From a virus (lineage: Duplodnaviria > Caudoviricetes): a stretch of 47,118 nucleotides of DNA. The notes under the pieces were generated by a model. The model made no database searches. It had not been told where the DNA came from and saw nothing but the letters and a program-made list of their open reading frames with translations. Position 1 is the first letter of the stretch, and every line of letters begins with the position of its first letter. A program made the position numbers and the translations under genes. Of this stretch, positions 39,410-46,440 are shown in pieces. Where the stretch lies: positions 1-47,118 of IMG/VR virus record IMGVR_UViG_3300033067_000480. One strand, 5' to 3'.

Positions 39410-39802
39410 TTACCAATAGTAAACGTGAGGCTTACGACCAACGCTGGGCGTGTCCAGCAAGTCCAGGTCTTCCGGTGCTGACTTGGTTGCCTTCTTTTCC
39501 CAAGCGCGGCCTTTGGCACGCTGTGGGCGGTTCATAAACTCTTTGATGAACCAGCCTGGAGTTGTCATCCAGTGCCACTCTGAATCCACACGCTTTTTCT
39601 TTTTGGTTTTCACACCAGCAATGTTTTGATGAAAAAACTTAATGCAAGGTTCGTCAGTATCCATAAAACAATATGTATTGGTTTCTAGGTCTAGCTCATA
39701 TACTCTGCGAGTTGACTCGTAAGCAACTCGTTCTGTGCCAAAATCCCAACGACTTTCTGGGTGCGAAAACTTCCAAGGTTTATCTTTATACGTTCTAGAC
39801 AT
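39410..39802 (-). CDS. Hypothetical basic protein
   Basis: AAGGAG SD. Confidence 0.7.
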   Translation of the reverse strand: MSRTYKDKPWKFSHPESRWDFGTERVAYESTRRVYELDLETNTYCFMDTDEPCIKFFHQNIAGVKTKKKKRVDSEWHWMTTPGWFIKEFMNRPQRAKGRAWEKKATKSAPEDLDLLDTPSVGRKPHVYYW

Positions 39803-39856
39803 GAATTTCTCCTTTATATCTACAATCGCATAGCAATCTCCTTGGTTCTAGTATAT

Positions 39857-39885
39857 AGTATACAATAGTCAGCAAACTATTGCAA
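39857..39885 (-). promoter_or_regulatory. sigma70 promoter
   Basis: TTGCAA-N17-TATACT. Confidence 0.55.
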
Positions 39886-39895
39886 ATCTAAAAAT

Positions 39896-40486
39896 TTACT
39901 CTTGTTTAGCAGCTTCAGACTCACGCTTCTTTTGCAGTGCAGTCAGACGTTTAACAACTTCTTCGCTATCCATCCAAATGTCCTTGTTGTGCAACATTGA
40001 CTGAATTTCATCGGCAGTCAGGAAGCCGTCATAAACTTCAGTCATAAAGTTCTCAGACCATTTACGTTCAAATTGCAGCTGGTCATACATCTCACCACCC
40101 TTGCCAAAAGTTCCTGCTGAATAGTTGTGGAACATGAACAGTGAGTGAGGTGTTACTTCCTGCATATGCCCATGTAAGAAGATCATGGTTGCGGCACTCA
40201 TACAAGCGCCCTCAACTGAGGTAACCACTGTGGCTTCGGTATCCGACATAACTCGCAGGAATTGCAGTGTAGTGTACAAGTCACCACCAGGTGAGTTGAT
40301 ATAGATACGAATGGTATCTACACTATTAGCATTACGAATGGTATCGAACCAATCAATGTATTCTTCTGCGTCTAGCACTGGGCCGCTTAGATAGAACTCA
40401 TGAAGTTGTGCAACTGGTTTCGAGAAATTGTTGCCGTATTTCTCATTTTGAAACAGTTTAGGGTCAAGAATAGATGTTTTCTTCAT
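39896..40486 (-). CDS. clpP: ClpP-like serine protease
   Basis: IYINSPGG, ACMSAA (Ser), MFH (His) and DIWM (Asp). Confidence 0.88.
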   Translation of the reverse strand: MKKTSILDPKLFQNEKYGNNFSKPVAQLHEFYLSGPVLDAEEYIDWFDTIRNANSVDTIRIYINSPGGDLYTTLQFLRVMSDTEATVVTSVEGACMSAATMIFLHGHMQEVTPHSLFMFHNYSAGTFGKGGEMYDQLQFERKWSENFMTEVYDGFLTADEIQSMLHNKDIWMDSEEVVKRLTALQKKRESEAAKQE

Positions 40487-40602
40487 AGGTTCCTTTACTA
40501 TAGTTTAGCACTATCTGGTACCGGGCTTCTCACTACGCCTTTTCGTCACTAGTAAACTAGATACCGCCGTGGAGTTAATGCTTGATAATGCTAAACTATA
40601 GT

Positions 40603-40948
40603 GACAGCTTATTCTGTTACGAGGAAAGCTGTCGAAACCCTAAGTAGTTTTTAGGCTACTAATGCGAACTGTGTGTCGTTTGCGTTTATTTTTGTTTTGC
40701 TTCTGCGACCGGGAACAACCCCAATCCTAAGGCTTCTGCTTTACCTAGTTGTCCACTCGTGTACTCACTACCCTGTCGAAACCAAATGCAGCCCCATCAA
40801 AAGCATATTAGTTGCACATAAATAGGAACTTTTACCCGTAGCAGTCTCTTAGCGTTCACTCTACGGCGACCTAACCTAATATGCTTATGGTGGAGCTGGC
40901 GGGACTCGAACCCGCATCCAGAACATTTTTCTGTTTGCTTCATACAAC
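40603..40948 (-). ncRNA. ssrA: Permuted two-piece tmRNA (acceptor piece ~40948-40888; IVS 40887-40796; coding piece 40795-~40603); tag ANDTQFALVA at 40683-40651
   Basis: GCGGG-UUCGAGU-CCCGC CAGCUCC ACCA precedes GGGGCUG...UUUCGAC; G3-U70 pair; AUAAAC-GCA resume context. Confidence 0.92.
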
Positions 40949-41026
40949 CATATTTTAGCACTCGCCTACAGGTCGAAACTGATAAAGCCAAGCGCGCACG
41001 CCTGACCAAGTGAGAGTACTAAAATA

Positions 41027-41101
41027 TGGTGCCCCAGTACGGAATCGAACCGCATACCTATCGCTTACAAGGCGAGTGCTCTACCGATGAGCTACAAGGG
41101 C
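41027..41101 (-). tRNA. tRNA-Thr(UGU)
   Basis: Loop CUUGUAA, CCA. Confidence 0.9.
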
Positions 41102-41221
41102 ATGGGCAACAGTTTTGACGAGAACCGCTGCGATAAAACTCCTAACTGTGACCTTATGCTCTTAGCGTTAGCCCTTTGAGCAGCCCATATTATTTAAAGC
41201 CATCAGGGACTTTGGCTAAAC

Positions 41222-41298
41222 TGGAGTACACGACAGGACTCGAACCTGCATAAAACGGGGTTGCAATCCGCTCCCTAACCAATTCGGGTCACGCGTAC
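41222..41298 (-). tRNA. tRNA-Cys(GCA)
   Basis: Loop UUGCAAC, U73, CCA. Confidence 0.9.
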
Positions 41299-41299
41299 A

Positions 41300-41503
41300 T
41301 TAAAGTTGTTGTCTACGAATGCACTGTTCAAAAGTACTCCAAGTGCGTTCAAATTTCATTTGATACATTTGCTTTAGGCCGATTAGGAAGTTTTGCTTGT
41401 TATCTTCGCCTAGGTCATCCCAGCAATCAAGTAGTAGCTGAATGTCATCACAAACATTCCAACATTGCATGATGTTTTGCTCTAGATCAAATCGGTCGCT
41501 CAT
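41300..41503 (-). CDS. Hypothetical protein
   Basis: DRFDLEQ.IM.CW pattern; intact ORF. Confidence 0.7.
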   Translation of the reverse strand: MSDRFDLEQNIMQCWNVCDDIQLLLDCWDDLGEDNKQNFLIGLKQMYQMKFERTWSTFEQCIRRQQL

Positions 41504-41504
41504 G

Positions 41505-41975
41505 TTAATTGCTCAGTACAAATTTTAATCGGTCAGCTGCGTAACTAGCAGCAAATGCTCGTGGTTTTACTTGTGCGTCAATGTTGCAAGTGCCTTTGAT
41601 GTATCCAACAGCTTGTTGAACAACAGCACTAGATTTATATCGTTCGCTAGGGTTAATGTCCAGGTGAACTTCAACGTGGCGATCTTCTAGTACATCACTT
41701 AGTTCGTGGAATAGGTCGCTTACTTTATAAACTTCCTGCATTAAGCGCATACTAGGCTTATCGGCTTTTTGATCCCAGTCGCGTTCGCGCTGTACATCAC
41801 CAAAAATCTTGCAACCGTGTTTGCCATCAATGTGGATAACAATGGCTAGTGTATAATCTGCATACCACTTACCACCAACACTTACACGCTCACTATCCGC
41901 ACCAAGATAAATCTTAGTTTCTGGAGAGCTTTGCCGAATGTAGTCTTTTACTTCGTCGATGTTAAATTCACGCAT
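41505..41975 (-). CDS. RNase H-like protein (YkuK/DUF458 family)
   Basis: IYLGADS, RLMQEV, EVHLDIN and KP.AFAASYAAD. Confidence 0.8.
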   Translation of the reverse strand: MREFNIDEVKDYIRQSSPETKIYLGADSERVSVGGKWYADYTLAIVIHIDGKHGCKIFGDVQRERDWDQKADKPSMRLMQEVYKVSDLFHELSDVLEDRHVEVHLDINPSERYKSSAVVQQAVGYIKGTCNIDAQVKPRAFAASYAADRLKFVLSN

Positions 41976-41990
41976 GATATATTAATTAGT

Positions 41991-42067
41991 TGGCCCGTCC
42001 CGAGAGATTCGAACTCCCACCCCAAGGCTTCGTAAACCTGGACACTATCCAGTTGTGCTAAGGACGG
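41991..42067 (-). tRNA. tRNA-Arg(ACG)
   Basis: Loop UUACGAA, CCA. Confidence 0.88.
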
Positions 42068-42072
42068 ATGAT

Positions 42073-42146
42073 TGGCAGAGGGTACAAGAATCGAACTTGT
42101 GACAAGGGAATCAAAATCCCGTGTGATACCATTTCACTAACCCCCA
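42073..42146 (-). tRNA. tRNA-Gln(UUG)
   Basis: Loop UUUUGAU, G73, CCA. Confidence 0.88.
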
Positions 42147-42159
42147 ACAAAAAAGAAAA

Positions 42160-42273
42160 AGTCTAGAACAGTAAAATCAGATATTGGCCCGTGCACCAGC
42201 GGCCTCCAGGGAATCGAACCCCAGTCGTTTTTATTAACAGTAAAAAGAAGTAACTGATTTTTTCACTAAGACT
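42160..42273 (-). ncRNA. Y-RNA-like tRNA mimic, element 1
   Basis: Terminal stems; CAGUUACUUC; UUUUUA-CUGUUAA-UAAAAA anticodon-like arm; GGG-UUCGAUU-CCC T-arm; no CCA. Confidence 0.7.
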
Positions 42274-42278
42274 ATATT

Positions 42279-42353
42279 TGGCTCCACAGGCAGGGATCGA
42301 ACCTACGACCAATTGGTTAACAGCCAACTGCACTACCGCTGTGCTACTGTGGA
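42279..42353 (-). tRNA. tRNA-Asn(GUU)
   Basis: Loop CUGUUAA, G73, CCA. Confidence 0.92.
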
Positions 42354-42549
42354 ATATATTAGTTTAGCACACTACCCCTTACCCCGTTGATGTGATCGCT
42401 GGACAACAGGTATCTCTCCTGCTTGTTTATAATGGATGGCAGTACGCTAAAATAATAGTGCTGGTTACGGTTCCAGCTTGGACTTATCGTATCCAACGGA
42501 TGAGTTACGGACGCTCTAACCGGAACGGCACGGACCTAAGGTAGGGTTT

Positions 42550-42624
42550 TGGCGGTCTTATGGGGTAACGATCCCCATCTACAGCAGTGACAGTGCTGTG
42601 TGCGTCCATGAACACTTTAAGACC
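42550..42624 (-). tRNA. tRNA-Asp(GUC)
   Basis: Loop CUGUCAC; atypical T-loop AUCGUUA; CCA. Confidence 0.85.
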
Positions 42625-42716
42625 ATATGAAATGTCTAGCCGGTGAGGTATCTAGCTTGCGCTTTAGAGTGCGCTTGCCTGCCCATTCTCCGTTTACTTT
42701 CCTTACTAGACTAAAC

Positions 42717-42800
42717 TGGTACGACTGGAGGGACTTGAACCCTCAATCAATTAAGCGGCAGATTTTAAGTCTGCTGTGTATGCCATTCCACCACAGTCGC
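42717..42800 (-). tRNA. tRNA-Leu(UAA)
   Basis: Loop CUUAAAA, long variable arm, CCA. Confidence 0.92.
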
Positions 42801-42806
42801 ATTAAC

Positions 42807-42891
42807 TGGTGGAGATTATAGGGATCGAACCTATCGTGACCTAAGTCGGAGGATTTACAGTCCCCTGCCACACCATTGCGGCGGAATCTCC
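42807..42891 (-). tRNA. tRNA-Tyr(GUA)
   Basis: Loop CUGUAAA, long variable arm, CCA. Confidence 0.9.
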
Positions 42892-42903
42892 GTTTAAAGA
42901 ATA

Positions 42904-42932
42904 ATTATATCAAGATTTGCAAAACAATTCAA
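42904..42932 (-). promoter_or_regulatory. sigma70 promoter for a tRNA operon
   Basis: TTGAAT-N17-TATAAT just upstream of tRNA-Tyr. Confidence 0.7.
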
Positions 42933-42942
42933 ATCTAAATTT

Positions 42943-43017
42943 TGGCACGCCCCCACGGACTCGAACCGTGACTAATAGTTTTGGAGACTAACGTGCTGCC
43001 AATTACACTAGGGACAT
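42943..43017 (-). tRNA. tRNA-Trp(CCA)
   Basis: Loop CUCCAAA, G73, CCA. Confidence 0.9.
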
Positions 43018-43021
43018 ACAT

Positions 43022-43267
43022 TTAACTAGGAATAAGCGTACCGTCGGCTAGACCGCGACGCAGAATTTCTTGTAGTTCTGGCATTTCTGAAATTGGCACT
43101 GATTTACCCTGTGCCAAAGCTTCTTGAGTTTCTTCATTATTGCGAGTAGGCTTATCTGTCTCGCTGTCTAGTTTATCGCGACCAAATATCGCATCCCAGC
43201 GTGATGCATATTCTGCATCTGATACACTTAAGGGTCTAGGCTTTGAGCCTTTTCCGCCATTACTCAT
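43022..43267 (-). CDS. Hypothetical protein
   Basis: AAGGA SD; GGKGSKPRP...WDAIFG motif. Confidence 0.7.
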   Translation of the reverse strand: MSNGGKGSKPRPLSVSDAEYASRWDAIFGRDKLDSETDKPTRNNEETQEALAQGKSVPISEMPELQEILRRGLADGTLIPS

Positions 43268-43287
43268 AATAATTTCCTTAATAAAAT

Positions 43288-43363
43288 AGCCCTTGAATAA
43301 AGTATTATCGGCGATTTGGTTAGATTAGCAGTCTAGAAGTAACCGATAAAAGCGCAAAGGGCT
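43288..43363 (-). ncRNA. Y-RNA-like element 2
   Basis: AGCCCUU/AAGGGCU and UUAUCGG/CCGAUAA stems; CGGUUACUUC; UAGA-CUGCUAA-UCUA. Confidence 0.65.
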
Positions 43364-43367
43364 TAGA

Positions 43368-43442
43368 TTAACATAGGAATAAGTAAGTACAGTGTGTTTT
43401 CAAACCAAATAGAAGTAACTGTACTAGAGCACCATATGCTAA
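43368..43442 (-). ncRNA. Y-RNA-like element 3
   Basis: UUAGCAUA/UAUGUUAA and AGUACAG/CUGUACU stems; CAGUUACUUC. Confidence 0.6.
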
Positions 43443-43531
43443 TCTAAGCCCTTAGCTTAGAGCCCCACTTTTGAGTCGGTCTGGCTACCGATCTGAACGG
43501 AATGGATACCGCCAGAGCGTGGGATAGTAGA

Positions 43532-44842
43532 TTAAGCAGCTTCCTGCTCCAAGACTTGGATATAGTCGATAACTGCTTCGGAGAAGCCGTTGATCTCAGT
43601 CCAAGCTTGGTGGTTAACTCCGTTTTCATAGGCAGCTACGTTGATAACGTAACCTTTGCCTTTGGGAGCACCTGGGCGATCATAGCTTTGCTCGTCAGTG
43701 AATATAATGCAACGGTCATATGAACCGTTTGCGTTCACAGTCTTCATGGAAGTGCCAAGGGCAGTTCCACCGTGACCTTGAGAGCTTGAAATAGCTTCGC
43801 GGAGAGCAAATCCACGACGAGGTGCAACACGCACAGCATTATTACTAAAGCTATAAATCTCGACTTCCTCACAAACTTCGCGGCACAGCATAGCAAGTGC
43901 AGCTGCCGCATCGAAGCGATCTAGATCTGATTTTGAGGAAATTCTGGTACCGAACATTGAGCCACTTACGTCGATCAACAGAACAGTCTTTCCAGGAATT
44001 TTTTGATGTGTAGCAAGGCTACGGAACATCATTTGTTCTAGCATATCCTCGTATTGTGGGACAATACGTGCCGCCGCAATATAGCGGAAAGGCAGGACTT
44101 TGCTAACGTCAACAGTTTGTGCATAACTACGGATAAGGGAATCCGATACACCACTGTCGCGCATATTTCGCAGATTACGCAAGAAAGCTAGAGCGCCTAG
44201 TTTCTTCTCGTTCATTAGACGAGTAAACGTATCACACTTGTCTGCGCCGCTAGATAGTTGAGTCTCCCAAGTGTCTGGAGTTTCAAGCGTATCAGCCGCA
44301 ATGCGCTGGAACAGCGCTGTTTGCTCGGCATTTTGCGGTTTAGGGTGGGAAAGAAACATCACATCGCGCAATTTGATTGCTGAGGAGTTCTTGTTCCATT
44401 TGGCAAGCTGGTACTCATTGAACTTGTTAAAGCAAGCGGCAAGGCCTTTTTTAACTTGGTTCGACACAGCAGTCTTGCCTTCCTTCCAATAAATGGATAG
44501 GAACTCAGACATTTCGTCTGGACGTTGAATAACATTAGTCAACGCTTGTGCTTGCAGGCGACCGCTACGAGCGAGTTCACGAACAAGCAACAGAGGAATG
44601 TGACGAAGTTTGAATTTCGTACGTGCTTCCTCAGCTAGAGCCGAGACCTTTTCAGGAGCGACTTTAGCTACAAGGTCTTTTACCAATTCGGCGTGAGTTT
44701 TACCATCAAGGTAGAACTGATTTTCCCACAGCATTGAAGCCATAGTAACACGCTTTAGTTGACGTTCTGCACTAATTTGGGATACTTGCGTACCCACTGA
44801 ATTTGTAGCAAGCTGACGCACAACACGATTGATCGAAGACAT
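43532..44842 (-). CDS. rsr: Ro60/Rsr-like TROVE + vWA RNA-binding protein
   Basis: TWETQLS, ALAFLRNLRNM and LPFRY; vWA MIDAS DVSGSM...GGT...TDEQ; AAGGA SD. Confidence 0.92.
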   Translation of the reverse strand: MSSINRVVRQLATNSVGTQVSQISAERQLKRVTMASMLWENQFYLDGKTHAELVKDLVAKVAPEKVSALAEEARTKFKLRHIPLLLVRELARSGRLQAQALTNVIQRPDEMSEFLSIYWKEGKTAVSNQVKKGLAACFNKFNEYQLAKWNKNSSAIKLRDVMFLSHPKPQNAEQTALFQRIAADTLETPDTWETQLSSGADKCDTFTRLMNEKKLGALAFLRNLRNMRDSGVSDSLIRSYAQTVDVSKVLPFRYIAAARIVPQYEDMLEQMMFRSLATHQKIPGKTVLLIDVSGSMFGTRISSKSDLDRFDAAAALAMLCREVCEEVEIYSFSNNAVRVAPRRGFALREAISSSQGHGGTALGTSMKTVNANGSYDRCIIFTDEQSYDRPGAPKGKGYVINVAAYENGVNHQAWTEINGFSEAVIDYIQVLEQEAA

Positions 44843-44875
44843 TTGATTCCTTGTAAATAAGTAAGAAGGTACTAT

Positions 44876-45060
44876 ACCTAAATTAAAGAACCTAGAGAGA
44901 ACACTCTAGCTCAGGGCTGGAAGCGTTTACTTATCAAAGAACGCTTACCTTAAACTTAGGCAGGAGCAACGAAGACCTGCTGAATGTTGCGAATTTAACG
45001 AGTACTTTAGTTATGAAGTACCTGAAATCTAATCACTACACTAAGTTCTTTAATTTAAGT
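44876..45060 (-). ncRNA. Long Y-RNA-like element 4, directly upstream of the Ro60 gene
   Basis: 20-bp terminal stem; UUCAGG/CCUGAG inner stem followed by UACUUC; internal hairpins GCAGG/CCUGC and AAGCGUU/AACGCUU. Confidence 0.6.
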
Positions 45061-45064
45061 ATAA

Positions 45065-45093
45065 ATTATATCAAAGTTGAACATTACATTCAA
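45065..45093 (-). promoter_or_regulatory. sigma70 promoter driving element 4 and the Ro60 gene
   Basis: TTGAAT-N17-TATAAT; predicted start near 45060. Confidence 0.75.
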
Positions 45094-45109
45094 GTTTTAA
45101 AATTTATAC

Positions 45110-45184
45110 TGGTGGACACGGCTGGATTTGAACCAGCGACCAACGCCGTATGAAGACGCTGCACTACCGCTGTGCTACGTGTCC
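45110..45184 (-). tRNA. tRNA-Met(CAU), elongator
   Basis: Loop UUCAUAC, paired 1-72, CCA. Confidence 0.85.
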
Positions 45185-45217
45185 GTGCGATCTTAATCAT
45201 CGCAGCTGCACTGGTAT

Positions 45218-45288
45218 TGGTTGCGGGAGAAGGACTCGAACCTTCCAGGCGGAGCTTATGAGGCTTGCCTCTACCCTGACTTCCCGCG
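45218..45288 (-). tRNA. tRNA-fMet(CAU)
   Basis: C1-A72 mismatch, CGCGGG start, loop CUCAUAA; short D arm. Confidence 0.8.
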
Positions 45289-45429
45289 TTAATACATTTT
45301 CTTAAAGCCGTCTTTGGCACGATACCAAGTACGCTCTAGTTCTTTTAATTCTGACCAAGTTTGTGGGTTCTGATCTTTGACGAAATCTTCAAATGTGTAT
45401 GGTCTGAACACATCTTGTAGTTTCTTCAT
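45289..45429 (-). CDS. Small hypothetical protein (46 aa; not in the ORF track)
   Basis: MKKLQDVFRPYTFEDFVKDQNPQTWSELKELERTW... Confidence 0.5.
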   Translation of the reverse strand: MKKLQDVFRPYTFEDFVKDQNPQTWSELKELERTWYRAKDGFKKMY

Positions 45430-45433
45430 TAAC

Positions 45434-45664
45434 TCACTTAGCATTTACAAACTCATAGAACTTTTTGGACTTTTCCAGCATTTCTGTGAAGTCAAAAGGT
45501 TTTGGCATGAATTTGGCAATCATTTCTTGCGTGTTCTGGCCTTTTTCGGCCAAGTTTTCTTGCATTTCGGTAATGAACTCCATGTTGGACTCATACTCAG
45601 CTTGCATAAGCTCTGCTGTCATCTTTAAAATTTCAAGACGAATTTCAAAAGGGGATTTGGACAT
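45434..45664 (-). CDS. Hypothetical protein
   Basis: AGGA SD; KSPFEIRLEILKM...FYEFV. Confidence 0.7.
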   Translation of the reverse strand: MSKSPFEIRLEILKMTAELMQAEYESNMEFITEMQENLAEKGQNTQEMIAKFMPKPFDFTEMLEKSKKFYEFVNAK

Positions 45665-45767
45665 TGTGTTTCCTGTGTTGTGTTGTGTAAAGGTGTGGGG
45701 CTTCCACCCACGCCCACATCGTTTTTTAGTCCGCGTGTCCTGGACTGTAACTTCGGGAGAAGTTATC

Positions 45768-45842
45768 TGGTACTGAGGGAGGATTCCGAGACCTCGACCT
45801 ATCGCTTATCAAGCGAGTGCTCTGCCGCTGAGCTACCCCAGT
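45768..45842 (-). tRNA. tRNA-Ile(GAU)
   Basis: Loop UUGAUAA; atypical T-loop; CCA. Confidence 0.85.
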
Positions 45843-45939
45843 GAAATTTGTGACTGGCTACTTATCTCATTGTACGCCACCAGTCAGGCGATTATTGGTG
45901 GACAGCAACACAGTCTGATGACTGGCTCCCGCCCATATT

Positions 45940-46014
45940 TGGTACCCCAGAACGGTTTCGATCCGTCTTCTCCGCCTTGAAAGGGCAGCGTCCTAGCCAC
46001 TAGACGACTGGGGC
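45940..46014 (-). tRNA. tRNA-Glu(UUC)
   Basis: Loop CUUUCAA, CCA. Confidence 0.9.
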
Positions 46015-46146
46015 ATATGTATAAGTTTGGCCCCAACTACGGTCGAGGTCAAGTCGAGGCGTTGGCCTATAGAACTACTAGGCTAGTGAGGCCATTGGTA
46101 AAGGACTGGAGAACTACTCCAGCTTAGGGTCAAACTTATAAATACT

Positions 46147-46222
46147 TGGTGCAACCTGTTGGAATCGAACCAACTTCAACGGCTCTTCAGACCGCCGCTA
46201 TGACCACATCAGCTAAAGTTGC
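46147..46222 (-). tRNA. tRNA-Phe(GAA)
   Basis: Loop CUGAAGA, CCA. Confidence 0.9.
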
Positions 46223-46227
46223 ATTTG

Positions 46228-46440
46228 TTACCAAATGTTAATGGCTTGCCATTGCTCGGCTTCATGACCATCACAATCAATGCGCCAAGGGCATTGTGAC
46301 ATAATATTGGTTGAGCAATCATCATTGCCCCAGCAAACTGGTGGATCTTCGCCACGCAATACCATAATTTGTTTGTGTACTAGGCTACGACGATTTGCAA
46401 GGTTAGCTTCTTTATCTAGTAATGTTTGAATTTCACTCAC
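46228..46440 (-). CDS. Small Cys-rich hypothetical protein
   Basis: CWGNDDCST....CPWRIDC; GGAGG SD. Confidence 0.6.
   Translation of the reverse strand: MSEIQTLLDKEANLANRRSLVHKQIMVLRGEDPPVCWGNDDCSTNIMSQCPWRIDCDGHEAEQWQAINIW

Noticed and set aside
40797-41009. 70-aa ORF over the tmRNA
   Set aside because: Overlaps the tmRNA acceptor piece and IVS; likely spurious
42634-42711. GCGC-ACUCUAAA-GCGC hairpin as an amber (CUA) suppressor tRNA
   Set aside because: 8-nt loop, no T-arm or CCA, and no UACUUC motif; long genes read through intact in the standard code, so there is no sign of recoding
42160-45060. GAAGTAAC repeats as a CRISPR array
   Set aside because: Only about 10 nt are conserved, spacing is irregular and there are no cas genes; the motif sits inside RNA stems instead
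45090-45320. 76-aa ORF
   Set aside because: Overlaps two tRNA-Met genes
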